A stretch of 63,999 nucleotides of DNA, the filler included, from Bipalium vagum (taxonomy: Eukaryota): the NCBI GenBank assembly GCA_037834085.1. It is 3 parts of 3 records of this genome, joined end to end, with 100 filler letters (N's around TTAATTAATTAA, not from the genome) between each part and the next. Parts side by side here need not be neighbours in the genome. Positions count along the whole stretch, not along the records: positions 1 to 28,444 come from JBBMKC010048249.1; 2 more parts are not named here. One strand, given 5' to 3'. The notes beneath the pieces are model-generated. The model was given only the letters and a program-made list of their open reading frames with translations, was not told the origin of the DNA and ran no database searches. Positions 13,841-28,444 of the stretch are shown here, piece by piece. The position numbers and the translations under genes were made by a program. Each line of letters starts with the position of its first letter. Positions within the stretch are counted from its first letter, which is position 1.

Positions 13841-15181
13841 AATATTGGAAAAATGTTCATTTGACGTTTTATCATTCCATCTTCAACTATATCTCAATTG
13901 CAATCAGATTAATTTCGAAATATATTATTGACTTTGTAAATAAAATGTATTTATTTAATAAAACCCTGGTTTTTATTTATTTTTATTATTGACTTTTAGA
14001 TGAGTGTCTTTGCCTCCCACAGACGTCTCAGCGAAATTATAAAAAAAGTTTCTATTTTCATTTGGAAAATGAAATCTGAGCTCATTTATAAAATCTTTTC
14101 CTAATAGTTATCAAAAGGGAAGTAATAATTTCCACCTTGTGAGGATTAAAAAATTCCTTAACAAAACCCTTAAATGCGTATTCTTTTTTTTATAGTGATT
14201 TTATTTTTTTTTATTTTCGTAGTCTTTAGTTTGATACATATTAATAAAAATAATATTATTAATATATAAAAATTCTTTTGTTTATTTTTTGACCTCATTT
14301 AACTTCTATTTCTACTGCTGCTACTGATACCACTTAAACTATTACTAAGAACGAAACAAAGAAATAATATCATTATGAATAAAGGGTTATTCCTTAATAT
14401 TTTAAATCAATGGTGTACGTAATAGAAAGTTGATTAAAATATTTATTTGAAAAACATTAACACGTAAACGTGAAATTATAATTCAGATAAACGAATTTCC
14501 CGCCAAAACGTTTGTTAATAAACTTCTTGCATGATCGAAAGTTTGTATTAAGTTGCCAATATATTCTCTTAAAATCCCTCTTGTGTTATCTTTTAGAATC
14601 TTATATCTTATCTTTTAAAATTTAGATTATCCCTTGAATTAGCAGCAGATGTGATTTAGATATATATTTAGCTTTTAATTCTCGATGGGATTGAGATCCA
14701 GCGTATAAAGAGGACGAAATTTATTGGAAATATGATTCATTCAGTAAAAATAAAATATCCGTTCTGTGGTGAAATCTACAATTATCCATTATTAATAGGA
14801 ATAAAAATATTTACATTAAGGAATAACCCCGTAATAACAATAATAACGATCATTCATTATTAATACCGTTCATTTTCCAATATTTAACCAAAACCTGAAT
14901 ATAATAATGGTTATAATAAATAATTATTCGCTGGGACACATAAATTTTAATCTGGAGAAATATTATCCATCAATTCTAAAATTATTCTGAAATTAAAAGA
15001 AAATGTTAGGATTATTTCAAATGGAAAATGAAGAGTTGATATTGACTAAAATGTCAAGTCAGACATTGTAATTAATATTTTTCCCATCTATCGTTAGATC
15101 TGGTTTTATCAATCTAACAAGTTTGATCCTCCAGTGCAAGAGATTTGAAAAATATATTCCCAATGTAAATCAATAAATGCA

Positions 15182-15248
<67 letters not shown>

Positions 15249-15263
15249 GTAATAGTAATAGTA
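15182..15263. repeat. (AAT)n microsatellite grading into (AGTAAT)n
   Basis: Directly visible; produces the spurious poly-Leu ORF. Confidence 0.95.
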
Positions 15264-16460
15264 AAAATAATAAATAATTTTTCTGAATCTGCAAAATTAA
15301 ATAAAATTTAAATCTAAGGAATTTTATTTTATTTCCTTATTTATTTTAACAGCTGTTAGTTAATTTAATGCCAAGAGTCTGCACGATGTGCATATATATA
15401 ACTGAATTCCTCAGAGTGTTAGGCTCTTCTTTTCTTGTTAATGACAGGAAGTCGTATAAAAATCACATATGACATTGTCTGCACGACAGGAAATAATAAA
15501 TACATGGTTTGAAAATGACTTCGTATTAACGGATAATAAATTTTTATGAATTAGTAAAAGTGCACTGATCTTTCGAACTGCAATGAGAAAAGATGCCTTG
15601 GCGAAATTGAAATTAATAATTATTTTCATTGTTTTTTGATTGGGGAAAATTGGTGGAAATAAATTTTCCTTTTCATGTTTCGTTTCCAAAGATATTCTAA
15701 TGTCACTTGTTAGTGAAATAAATAAATTGAAATCATTTATTTATTTATTTATTTATTTATATTTTTAAAAATTGGTGTTCTTTATTTTCACATCTGGAAT
15801 TTCGATATTCCATCGAAAATATGAACTAGAATATAAATACTGATCGTTTTTTTTTCGACCGATCTTTCCTCAGGAATTTATTTCGATTTTATTTTATTTA
15901 TTTTTTGTACCATGTTCAATGCTTGGTAATTTATTGCAAAATATATTCAGTAAAAATTATAAAAATTAAAGTAAATTTTAAAAATATGAACAGCGATGAA
16001 TAAATAATAAATGAGAATAAATTTCATTATCTTTCATCACATTATCGATTTTATTAAATAAATATTTAAATATAAATCTATACAGTAAAATTCTGTGAGA
16101 AATTTTTGAAAAATTTTTCATAAAAATTTTCAAGGAGAATTTTTGCATAACTGTTATAGCAGAATTTTAAATTTCCAATCCATCTGGAAAACTTTATAGA
16201 AAAGTATTGTGTAGGAAATGAATTTTCAATTATGATTTTAATTTCCAATTATTAATATGTAAGAAAATTAAGTTTGAAAAATTTAGATTTTTTTCAAAAA
16301 ACGACAGATAATTGTTTTTCAAAGTAATATATTTCTTAACATTTCTTGACATTATTGTTTATATTTTGTATTTAATTATTCAGGGTTTCACGAGCTCAAT
16401 AAATTAAAATCAAAATTAAAACTGTAGATCGCTTTCTATTCATGTAATAATTTCATATTT

Positions 16461-16646
16461 NNNNNNNNNNNNNNNNNNNNNNNNNNNNNNNNNNNNNNNN
16501 NNNNNNNNNNNNNNNNNNNNNNNNNNNNNNNNNNNNNNNNNNNNNNNNNNNNNNNNNNNNNNNNNNNNNNNNNNNNNNNNNNNNNNNNNNNNNNNNNNNN
16601 NNNNNNNNNNNNNNNNNNNNNNNNNNNNNNNNNNNNNNNNNNNNNN
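16461..16646. other. Assembly gap
   Basis: N run. Confidence 0.99.
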
Positions 16647-19600
16647 ATTTAGTCATTAAAAATAATTACTTTTCTAAAATATAACCAATAAAACTTAACA
16701 GTGAGAAAAAGGTTATGCACCAAGAATAAAGTTCCAGATTCATTATGACAACTCTGAGAATCAACATCAACGGGAGATGTTAATAAGAAATGTATTTTTT
16801 TTTAATAATTACCGTTATGAACCTCTATACCGTTATGAACCTCTATCAATTGTCTCCGTTTAATATATACGTTTAATTAATAGAAGCTTAAGATGAACCT
16901 GTTTGAAGATTTTCAAACAAATTGGCTTATAAGAATTGGCTTTCAAAATCATCTGGAAGCATGGAACAACCTTGTCAATGGATTTTAAGACAACGTTTGA
17001 GTTTAATTGTTGAGTGTCTCAAGTTCAAAGTTCGTCAAGGTTTCCTGCAGATAAGATTTTGTCAAATATTTACCTCGAAGTCAAGTGAAATATAATTGCG
17101 GAGGATGTTTATAGTCAGTGTTAATGTTAACAGTCAAATAAATGAAAGGATCATAATAATAATAAAACTTGAAATTATTTCAATTAACCAATATTAATGT
17201 AAAGAACATGAAATTTTGATAATTTTTCAATAATAACAATAATTGAAATATTAAATTGACGATATAAAATAAGTTATGTTATATCAAAGTAATATTATAT
17301 TAATTATTATTTTATAATTATTATAATATAATATAAATTATTATTTAATAATTTTTTTTTGAGAGGGGATTGTTATTCAGAAAATCTTAAAATTCATTAT
17401 CTTCTGAAATTTTTGCCTGAACCTGTCTTTTTTTATCATTCAAATCGAAGTTGGCTGATTTAAATCTGGTAAATCAGAATTCGCAGATTAAAAACGGCTT
17501 AGCCTCATTAACATGTTTCCTCATTAATTTGAAGCGATTCCACCACTGATTTTTGCATATTGAATAAAAACATTGAAACAGTTCTGAAATATAATCTTGA
17601 CATTTTCATTTATTATATCTTTTAAGTGTTTATTTAAACAAATAGAATTTCTAAACTTATAGATTTACATTAGATATTTAGATATTTAAAATAAGTTGTT
17701 ATTTTAACTTCATTACAGATATAACTAAGACTTATGCTTATTTTAATTTTAGACCAGAATTAATGCATATTAAATAATAATAATTTTAATAATTTGCATA
17801 AATAATTCTTGTGAAAAAGATATTAAAAATACTTTGTCATTGATTGCACTATTTTTTTGAGTTTCAGTTTCAACTTCCAAAAGTGTTTTTTTTATAAAAT
17901 TATTTCCCTTTAAATAATATAATATAATAAATATTAATTAAATATTTTTTTAATATTATATCAATATATTAATTAATTTATTATTGATTATAATATTAAA
18001 TTTAATGTTTCTATTGAGTTTTATAATTTGATTTCCGAAAATTAATCTAATTTCATATTTAACTATTCTAATAATATTTGATAAAATAATAATAATAATA
18101 ATAATAACAAAAAATGTTTAATGATAAATAAAATCAAAATTTTACATTTAATTTTTCTGTAAGCCTAATAATTAAAAATGGTCTCTTAATAAAGAAAATA
18201 TCTGATTATTTCAAGAATTATTTTTTCTTTTTTATTTACATAAAGATTATAATTTTAGATGAAACACAATTTATCTGCCTAGAACTGAGCTATTCTAAAA
18301 CGAGACTTGTGTTAAGGAGAGAGATAATCTTCACAGGAAATTTGTTATAAAAATATATAAATCAATATTGGTGGGATTTGTTTTCCTGTAATCGAATAAA
18401 AAATCTTTTAATTGACTCAATATTATCTGTTAAAACAAATCTCAATAATTCGATAATTACTCTCAATTTAATTCGTTATATAAAGTAAATCAACAAAATT
18501 AGAATACGGAACAGGTTGATAGAAATAAGTTAATTTATTTTTCTTCAAAAAATTGTTTATTTTATTTTAAAATATGAGAAAGTCGGAAAATAATATTTTC
18601 TATAAATTTTTCTTATTATTAATTTTATTTCAAAGATTTTTTTTAAAAATATTTTTTTATGATGTGAAAAAAAACAAAAGTAACCTTCTATTTATCGTTA
18701 CCGTCACAATCAAAATACCTCGACTGAACGTTATTTTTGACGACCAGTCTTCCCAGACCATTAGGGACATCGGAATAGAAATCACAAGTTTTTTTCATTT
18801 TATTCAATATTTAAAATATGATTTAGAATTTGCCGAAAATAGAAAATAATGTCACTGTTCAAATAATGAACAGTCTCATTAAACCTAGATAAGACTACTT
18901 TATTTGTATTTAAAGATTAACAGAAAAGAGTTTTACATAAAAAATTAAATATTGAGAGGTAAGGCACTCAAAGTTTTTGAAGTAATAAAGGCTTTTAAAA
19001 TATAATTGAAAATAAAATGTCATAAAATTGGTTCACATTACCATACGGTTCCTAACTGTGTTTGTTAATTTTCTGTTGTTGTTTCGATTATAAAAAAGCT
19101 CTGTTTTTTGGGTTCTTCTTAAAAAGTGGACAAATAATACATATTAATGTATAACAATGACAAAAACTGAAATAATAAAAATAAAGTATATTCTTTATAT
19201 ATAATATCAAGTTGAACAGAAAGCTCATTCTGATTATTAATATTATATTATAGCTCAAAAAATGTCCTGTTGCATTGCAATAAACTTGTATAGTATTATT
19301 GCGATGAGTCATGTCTTATAATTAATAAGAAATATCAATTGTTTATCTGAATTTTCTTTGTCTACATAGCGCTAAAATGAATAGTGACAATAAACATCTA
19401 CCACATTGCGCCTTATACGAATTTCAGAAAAAGAACAGTGCGACTGAGTCAATCAGAAGTTTGCAGAATGTATTTGGAAAGGATACTGTAAAAGAAAAAA
19501 CCGTTCCGTTCTGGTTTCAAAAATTCAAAAATGAAAATTTCAGTTTGAAAGATAAGCCAAGTTCAGGTTGAACTTCTGCTTTTAATGATTCCATTTCATT

Positions 19601-19743
19601 TAAAGCAGACTCATTTGAGACTACCAAAGAATTGGCGAAGGAAATCCGTATTTCACAAAAAGCAGTAGGATTTGTAAGATTTGCTCAAAAATGGTTTTAA
19701 TGGATATCCCACGAACTCACAAAAATATTAGATCGTATTTCTA

Positions 19744-21140
19744 CAGGCTGTCTCATAAGTTCCCGCGGAAAGTAAAATTAAATATTTCTTAAGCAGATTG
19801 AGATATTTAATAGCTTGCTTTATAAAATTGAAGACAAATCTTTTAATTTTTATTTCATATAAAAATATTTACAACAATTGTTCGAAATGACTACCATTAA
19901 CTGATATACATAAATTCGTTCTTTTTACAATATTTAAAAATAAGGTATTCAGAGCTTCTCTGGTAAAACTTTTTATTTTTTCGGTAATTTTTGTTTACAA
20001 ATCGTCAATATTTTTAATTTTAGATTTGTATATCTTATTCTTTAAAAGGCCCCATAAATAGAAGTCAAGAGGATTTAAATCTGGCGCCCATCGAATTGAA
20101 TCACTTCTTCCAATCCACTTGTTTGGAAAATGAGCGTCAAGATAACGTCGTACATTTGTTGAAAAATGCGCAGGAGCTCCATCTTGCTGAAATACCAGAG
20201 ACCGTACTTTGTACATGTAAGGAGTTTAGTTGACAAATGAATGGGGGACGTAGCTCAGCGGTAGAGCAGTTCATGCGCATGCCAATTTATTTGAACCTAA
20301 CAGTACATTTTCCTCACTTCAAACATAAAACAATATTGAAGCATTGATAGATAATTTTGGCCATTAACAGTCTCATCTTCAAAGAAATACGAACCGATAA
20401 TTTTATTTTTTGACAAAGCACCTCAAACATTAACCTTCTGGGATTTTCTAGAAATTTCAAAAGTAACATGTGGATTAATTTCTGACCAATATCTGACGTT
20501 ATGTTTATTTACTAATCCTATTAGGTAAAACGTTGCTTCATCTAAAAAGAAAATTTTTTCCTGAATATTCACATTTTCTAACATTGAGGCCATGGTTTTA
20601 AACATCTCAACTCTGTCTTGAAAATTCTCTTCATGTAAATCCTGTGTGAAATGGGCCTTAAATGGTTTCAATGATAACTGTTCTCTCATAATTCGATGGG
20701 TTGTTGTTCGCAAAATGGAGCAGGTGATTGTAACAGATCGAACATTGCATTGTTGGTCACTTTCAATAACTTCACTTATTTCCTGAACTTCGTTTTCAGT
20801 GATCAGCCTTGGTCTTCCAGAACGTTCACTATCTTTCATCGAGCCAATCTCACAAAAACGATGAAAAGTCTCTTTTATAGCACTTTCACTTGGTCAAGCT
20901 TTCCCAAATTCGGCATTTAATTTCCGTTTATCAACACAAATTAAGTTGAATTTGACCATTACAAGTACAATTTTGATTCTTAACTTAAAATCAAGCGGCC
21001 TTTGCTAAATTTAATTTTTAAATATTAGAACAAGACTTAGACTTACATACTTTAATATTATATAAATAGTAATTTCAATCGATTGAATTTAATGAAGGAT
21101 ATTTAAGTTTACTTTTCACGTGGACTTATGGAACACCTTG
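19744..21140 (-). mobile_element. Tc1-superfamily element, rosa/DD41D-like, nested in the mariner
   Basis: About 48-bp TIRs flanked by TA. Transposase motifs RSGRP, FFLDEATF, FQQDGAPAH and WAP-DLNPLDFYLWG. D2-D3 spacing is 38, or 41 if the missing RSP is restored. Confidence 0.85.
20216..20302 (+). mobile_element. 87-bp solo LTR carrying a tRNA-Ala-like 5' half
   Basis: Termini TGTAAGG...CCTAACA; perfect 5-bp TSD GTACA (20211-15 and 20303-07). Excision restores the host transposase frame (MFEVRKMYKVRSLVFQQDG). Contains GGGGGACGTAGCTCAGCGGTAGAGC. Confidence 0.85.
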
Positions 21141-21460
21141 TATATATACTTTTTCTTACTTCCGCGAAATAAGAAAGATCCATTTTTGATCGATTGATAA
21201 CAGATGAAAAATGGATTCATTACAGTAATGTATGTCTTACCAAGCTAACCAGCTCCTAACACTTCAAGATCAAAATCCATGATAAAAAGAGTATGGTATC
21301 TATTTGGTGGAATCGCAAAGAACCTGTAAATTTTGAATTGTTGCCTTCTGTCGAAACAATTACATCTAATCTGTACTGTGTACAATTAACACTGTATTTT
21401 GGAATAAATAAAGAGCTCTTTAAAAAAAAACCTTTTTTGCTTAAAATAGGCAAGAACTTT

Positions 21461-22130
21461 GGACAATTTTTTGACCTATTACAACATTGTAGGTCAAATT
21501 ATACACATTGGGTGATGAGCAGGTCATTTTTTAGACATTGCATAAATTAAACTTATATTAAGATCATTTTATACAATAATTATTGTATTGTACATATTAA
21601 AGATTGAAGAAACGATGTTAAACCACAAGGCTAAAGCTCATCGACCAAGGTCTCCATCCAAGCAATTCTGGGCCTTATTAATTGCAAATTGCAGCTACAA
21701 GCCTGAGATTTGAACCAAAAATAATATCTTTCCAATCATATACGAAATAGTTAGACAAGGCAGTCACTGATGAGGCAAGAGTATGTCGTGACCTAAACAA
21801 TACATATATGCAAAAATCGGTTTGTCATAAATATCACTTTGTTGATTATGACCGCAATGTCCACATCAGAACATCGAACGCTGCAACAAGATCAAAGAAA
21901 GGCTGAAAGCTATGCATGGAGCATATAATCACCTTAGAGTTGATTTTCTTCAATACCATAATAGCTTTGAAGAAACTGTGAATTTGTTAATAAAAATATA
22001 ATTTTTGGTTGTCAATTTTATCTTTCTTGTTATTATTGACATTGGGTTTTCATTGTAGGTCAAAAAAACAGCATAGATAATTTTGTAGGTTAAAAAAAAT
22101 ATTGTTACTTTTAGGTAAAAAAAATTGTCC
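21461..22130 (+). mobile_element. Merlin (IS1016/ISXO2-like) DNA transposon, decayed
   Basis: TIRs GGACAATTTTTTGACCTA / TAGGTAAAAAAAATTGTCC; perfect 8-bp TSD AGAACTTT. Transposase remnants IEETMLNHKAKAHR, IFPIIYEIVRQG, VTDEAR, HFVDYDRNVH-QNIER. Confidence 0.85.
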
Positions 22131-25100
22131 AGAACTTTCTGTTCAACCTAATATATACGGTATTATGAAAAACAAAACATGTAGATAGTTTTATGATTCA
22201 TATATTAATTAAAGTTGTGTTCTTTATTGCCTAGCACCATTTATAAAATAATAACACAAGTCTAAAACCTTTATTTAATCACAATCATCAATAACAAACT
22301 GTCTCTATAATTTTTCGTCATTTCACCATACACCATGCTATGCAAAAATTAAAATAAATTATAAAGAGTAAAAGTCATTGCTAAAAAATAAAACAACAGA
22401 TTAATATAAAAAATTATTACTATGAATATATCATGAATAACGAAATAGAAAAATTATAATCTGAAAGACAAATCTGTTTCTGAAATACCCACTGTCTTAA
22501 GCAATTTCTCATTAAATACCTAGCTCGCTTGAGACCCGATCATAATATACTCAACCTTTCAGCTTGTGTACTACAGCGCTCTAATAATGCCAAAGTGTAT
22601 TTTATGTTTGATCTCACTAGTTTTGGAGCTCTTTGGTATCTAACTAGGATATAACCCCCCAAAATTAAAAATAATTCAAATCAGACCAAAAGAACTGCGT
22701 TCAATACAATATATTGTCACTAAATTTGTCTGGTGTGTTTCTCACCCGACTCCCATGCAAACAAACTTACTTGAAATTGATATCAACGATTATTACTTAG
22801 TTCATTTACTTTAATATTTATAATTTTACAATTTAGCAGGCCTTTAATATCGGCCCTTGTAAATATTAGGCTGAGTTGAAAAACTCAAACGGTTGTCAAA
22901 AACTATTAAATACTGTAAATCGATTAGGTTGGCTATTGACTTTTGAGTTATCAGAACTATTTATAAAAACTCAAAAACCATTCTCATAATATTTCTGTAA
23001 AAGATATTAAATAGAGTGGTCATTTTAGGAATCAGAGATCAAGGCGTATAGTGGAATTTTAGGCTCTTTTCTAAGTTTTCTCATTCTTTTCCCCATTTCC
23101 TTCAAGTTTCTGTTGGTTCTTTTTGAAATATATCTTTTATTTAACTCTAGTGATTAGGGCGATAGTGTGATAACCTAAACCCTTGATAATTTTTTAAAGA
23201 TATATCCCCATGACTTTTAATCATACTAATACTGAATTTTACAAAAACCCTCAGACCATTTAAGTCCCATTTGAAGATTATACGATAATACCTTAAAATT
23301 CTAAACTCAAATTGCGTTTTGTAAATTAAAACAAAATCACGCAAAGTTCATAAATATTAATTTATGAATGTATTATTAAAAGAAATATAATTTTTCCATG
23401 TTCCGAATTTCCATATAATTAATTATATTTTTGATTGAATGTTGATTAAATAGTCTTTCCAAAAACAATGCAAGATCTATCATTTGGCAAAAGATCATGT
23501 GTAAACAGCTAAATTCGTATTTGGAAATTATACCATACTCACTATACTCTTCAGTCTATACGACTTCGGATATTCAACTGTTCTACCTCGAAGACCTTGC
23601 TAAAAAATCTTGAAGTTCTTTCAACATAGAGTAGAAAGGCTTGTTGGGTGATAGAAACTAATCATAATTAATGAAGTCGTTGAACTTAAAATTGGTAGGA
23701 CCAATTTTATAAACAAACATCATCAATTATGGTAATGGTTTAATTTTATGATGTCTTTAGGCAAAGCCTAAGTTATTACATATGGTATAGTTATATATTA
23801 TTTATTTATATAATATATAACTAATTATTCAGTGACAAGACATTAAAATTAGCAAATTTTAATTTCACTTAAAATCCGAATTTGGAACCATAAAAAATTT
23901 ATAAATAAAGAATAAAAACAACTTTCACTTTTTTTACTTAATATTCTGTGAAAATTGACATTCAGATTTTTAGACCACACTTAGCACTATGAGAAAACGA
24001 ATGATCGTTTATGGCCGATGTAGACATTTGCGTGGAAAATGAAATTTTATCAACTGGGAAACCAAAAATAACATAGCTGATATATTTGATCCTGTTTTGT
24101 TTATATTGTCACATAATCAGATCATCGATCACGCAGTATTTTTCATATTTACAATTTAATTTGTCACATTCCTCATAGAAAATCTCGGCTGTTTTCATCG
24201 ACAGCAAGATGAAGATTTTACATGAAATGTTCATTTGTTCGCATTAATAAATTCATAAAAGCTTACCTTCATTAAATATTTTATAATTATTTATTTTATA
24301 TTTTCATATTACTTGTTTCGATGAAATAGCACTTTATCCTCTAAATCAATTCTAATACATTATTTAATTAAAATTATTATTTATCTTAAATAAATGAGAT
24401 TATTTTAAAATTATTTTTTTAAAAAAATACACTAAGCAAAGAAATATTTTAATAATATTTTTATGATTAAATTTTTTCTGTTTATAATTTTAAATTTTGA
24501 TCATCCTGACTCCATTTTGAATTCTATATTAATTTGTTTGAATCAGTTGAAATGATTTCTTTTCATGAATTTAATTCCTTTGATCAAATCCTTTGAATAA
24601 GAAATAGATGTAATTACTATTTATAAATTGCTATTAAATTTTATTTATTTTTTCCAATATTTTCTAATATTTTAATTATTATTATTAATATTAATATTTT
24701 ATTAGTAATTATGGAGAATATTAAATATTAATTTATTTATTTATTGTTTTATAATATAAAATAGTTGTCAAAACATATCAAAGAAATTTAATTAAACTTC
24801 ATCTAATTATGTCAACACTGTACATATCACGTTTACTAACACAAATATATTTATTTGTTAATTAAATTTTTATTAAATATTTTATTAATTAGTTTTAATT
24901 AAACTAATTTCAAAAATAATTCAGAAATTAAGAAGATTTTTCAGAATATGTAAGTTACGTAATAAAAAATTCATTTTAAAGATAAATAAGTAATATAAAT
25001 AATGAAAAGGTAATCGCTTAATGCTACTTCGATAATAATAAATTTTTTGATAAATATTATTTATATTTTATAATTTATGTAAAGAATTTATAAAAAAAGG

Positions 25101-26443
25101 ATGTTTTTTTCAAATTTGGAAATAATTATTAAGCATAAAAACCCAATTTAATAAATTTCGAAATCAAGAAAAATGTGTAAATCCATTTTAGTGAAGGAAT
25201 AATATTTCTTTTAAAAATTACTTCTATTAAATCGTGTAATTCTTTTCCGGTTATAATATATCTATCTAAAGTAGATAAAAGTAAAAAAACCATTATATAA
25301 TTGATTAATATTGATATTTTCAATATCACAAATATTTCATTAAAACAAAATATCACTTCAGTATTAATTGTTGTAAATTTAACAGGTACATTTAAGGAGT
25401 TCGGTTTTTCATTTTTATTTTATTAAAATTATTCGTTTTGCTGATCATACAAGATTTTTTAAATGAATTATAATTCGAAAATACTACTTTAAATTTTGTG
25501 TAATAATGATTTTTTATCTTTCAGGTAATTTCATTAATCCATCTTTATGAATTATCTTATTTTTTCTAGAATAGGGTAGCTTTTATAGGTTCGTCAGACC
25601 TAACGTTTTCTGTTCAGATAGTTCTGTATAAAGAGAAACAGTTGGTAATCTGTAATCAAAGTCAGAACTTTATATTCCAATCAAGTTTCAATAATTTCTG
25701 TTACCTGACCAAAGAGGTGTGGGAATGTGAGGAAACATCACCTCTAAGATTTACCAATTCTGGATCTTAACATAAAAATTTTAAAATTCTTAATCAAAAT
25801 TTTCTTTTCATTATCAATACCTTCATTAAAATTTGATTAAATTTCTTATTGACATTCACGGAACCTAAATAATATAATTTCAATTCATATTTTAATAAAA
25901 TGATATTAAAATAATTTATTTTGCAAAATATTAATATTGTTAATGGTTAATTTTAACATCACTTTTCATTAATTTTTCTATATTTATCTTTATAATATTT
26001 TAATGAATAAATAACCTAACTTTATAAATCTTATTTATTCACATCTACGTATACCAATATACAATTTTGTGAATTTTGACTTAAATAATATTTATGTGAA
26101 ACCGTACCGTCTGTAACCGGAACAGGATGTGATCATAAATCTGGAAATATTTACTAAATTTTAGAAATTTTACTAAATTAATATTAATTATTCTACCACT
26201 GATTATATATATGTGTGTGTGTAACTATAAAATTAAAAGACAATATTAAAGAATGAAAAAATGTAAGAACCATAATTAACATTTTAAGTAAAATATTTTT
26301 GTCTCATCACTATCTATTACTTTATATAAGTTTTTAAAGAATAAATTTGAGAAATATATAATATAAAAAATCACTTTAATAAATATCTTAGGTTGGAGTT
26401 AATTTAAAACTTATCGGGTAAAACTTGTTTTTATTATTAAATA

Positions 26444-27702
26444 CAAGGTGTGCCAGAAAAATCCGGACAAAAAAAAATTTAAACAAACAAAGATATATTA
26501 AATAATATCATAATTATTTAAGCAATAGCCATATTTTTTGATTAAAAATATGTTCCATACTTCTATTGCTCGATATAACCACCTCCTGATTCTATGACCT
26601 TGAAGGTTCTCTGCCTGAAGCGAATGCATGCCTTCTTTACATGGATTTGGTTCAATTAAACAAACGCTTTTGTAATGGAATTCTGTAGAGATGTCAGATT
26701 AGGGTGTCTCGACTTGTTAGTAACCCTTTTAAGAAAGCTCCATACATAGGGTTTAAATCTGTACTATTTCGGGGCCAGAATTCCTTGCTCCAATGGAACA
26801 TTATCGACAACCAGTTTTGAACTAAATAACTTGTATGAGCGAACGCTCAATCTTGTTGAAAGATGAACAGTCGTTCAGAAGCAACGATTTGCATCCTGGA
26901 CTTCACTACTGTACTCAGAATCTGTACGTAGACTTCCTTTGTGATAGTTTCACCCTTTTTCAAGAAATTTGGGGTCATGACATTACCTTGACTAAAGAAG
27001 ACGCCTATTACTAGAACATTGGCTGGAAACTTTGTCCTTGGTACGATTGGGACATTTTCAATATTGTGGGCAAGCCAACGATCATTCCGCCGATTATTTT
27101 TAGCATCAACTGTAAAAATTTTTTCATCAGAGAAAAACTTAAGACGACTCGCTGCTTCATTCTTCAGTGATTTGAGTAACAAGTTACACCCAACAACACT
27201 TTTAGTTTTCGTAGCCTCAGACAGCATTTGTCGTATTTTTAGAACGTGAGAAGCATATCTTAGATCTTCTTCAGCTACCCAAAGTTGTTGCCAATTTTCG
27301 AAGCGATGTCCCAAGATCTTCCATTATTAGCTGCTGAACTCTTTGAACAACTTCCGTGGTCCTTATTTTCCTTTATTTATCATGTATTATTCTTTTAGGT
27401 GTACTAGAGGTTCATTCAGCCATCTCCGATCTCCGATATCTTCGTGCGACACCGTACAATGTCGATCATGGGTACCAAAGAAATTAATTATTTCAGCAGC
27501 GTTTTTCCAGCGCTAAGCTTTCGAGAATCGCGACTCTTCGATAAATTTCCAAGCCATTTTTTGTAAAATTAACATTTTGAAAATTGTGCTCAATTTACCG
27601 AAAAATATAACATGTTTAAACAAATATTAACTCGTATAATTAAAATCAAGCATAAATATAAATTTCAAGTAAATTTTGTCCGGATTTTGCTGGCACATCT
27701 CT
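26444..27702 (-). mobile_element. Full-length decayed Tc1/mariner, maT/DD37D-like
   Basis: TA-flanked TIRs CAAGGTGTGCCAGAAAAATCCGGACAAAA. Motifs FFSDEKIFTVD...NRRNDRW, FIFQQD*A, FWPRNSTDLNP. Confidence 0.85.
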
Positions 27703-28444
27703 TAATTGTCAAATTCAAAAAAATTCGTTAAAGTTTTAATAATTATTTAATTAATTTTTTAAAAAATATATTTAGTCATTTATTTACTGAATTTTTTAAT
27801 TATTTTATCTACTAAGAAAATCTTAAATTAATCATTTGTCTCTTATGAATTTGATCAGCTAACGAGTTTGACGAAGATCCTTCTAATCTAGTAGAAGAAA
27901 ACCCTAAGTTTATTATACAAGTAAATATCTTTTAAATACAATATATATTTCAAAATCTTTATATTTCATTTCAGAATACTTTTTAAATTCATCTCTTTAG
28001 CCTCGAAATATTTTGTAAAATCCATGGTTACTTTAAATTCATGCACAAATCTTCATAACTCAATATTGTCTAAGATAGAGAATTTTCTCAAATTAAAGGA
28101 ACGCTTCATCATTAATATAATTATTAAAAATAAAGTCCTATTAATTATTTAAGCAATTATTTCTTGAAAATCTTTAATTCTTGTATAATTAAAGTCGTTC
28201 ATTTGCTGCGTGAACTTTCATGTGAGGTGGAGAGATAAGTATTTAGGGACTTCAAATGATATAATATTATTAAAAATGTTGAATTATAAGAATTTGCATA
28301 ATTATCTATACAGTACATAAATCAGAATGATCAACTCATGCGAACTTCAAGTAAAAATTAGTTCTAATCTTATTAATTAAGTAAATTTTAAAAATAAGTA
28401 AAATGTTAAATGAACAAATAGAATTCTAAGGAAAATAAATATAA

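Larger units (their letters stand above)
19207..22151 (+). mobile_element. Decayed mariner (DD34D-type), host of the nested insertions
   Basis: TA-flanked TIRs TCAAGTTGAACAGAAAG / CTTTCTGTTCAACCTAA. ORF MNSDNKHLPHCALYEF...WISHEL is interrupted at 19742 and resumes after 21142 with LITDEKWIHY and MVSIWWN...YCVQL. Confidence 0.8.

Noticed and set aside
16810-16845. 18-nt direct duplication
   Set aside because: Simple local tandem duplication with no insert between the copies.
20243-20281. Functional tRNA-Ala gene
   Set aside because: No T arm or B box, the anticodon stem does not pair, and it lies inside a TSD-flanked insertion.
24934-25530. Possible microexon (ttttcag AATAT gtaagt) and AG|GT recursive splice sites
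   Set aside because: Expected by chance in AT-rich DNA and not linked to any gene model.
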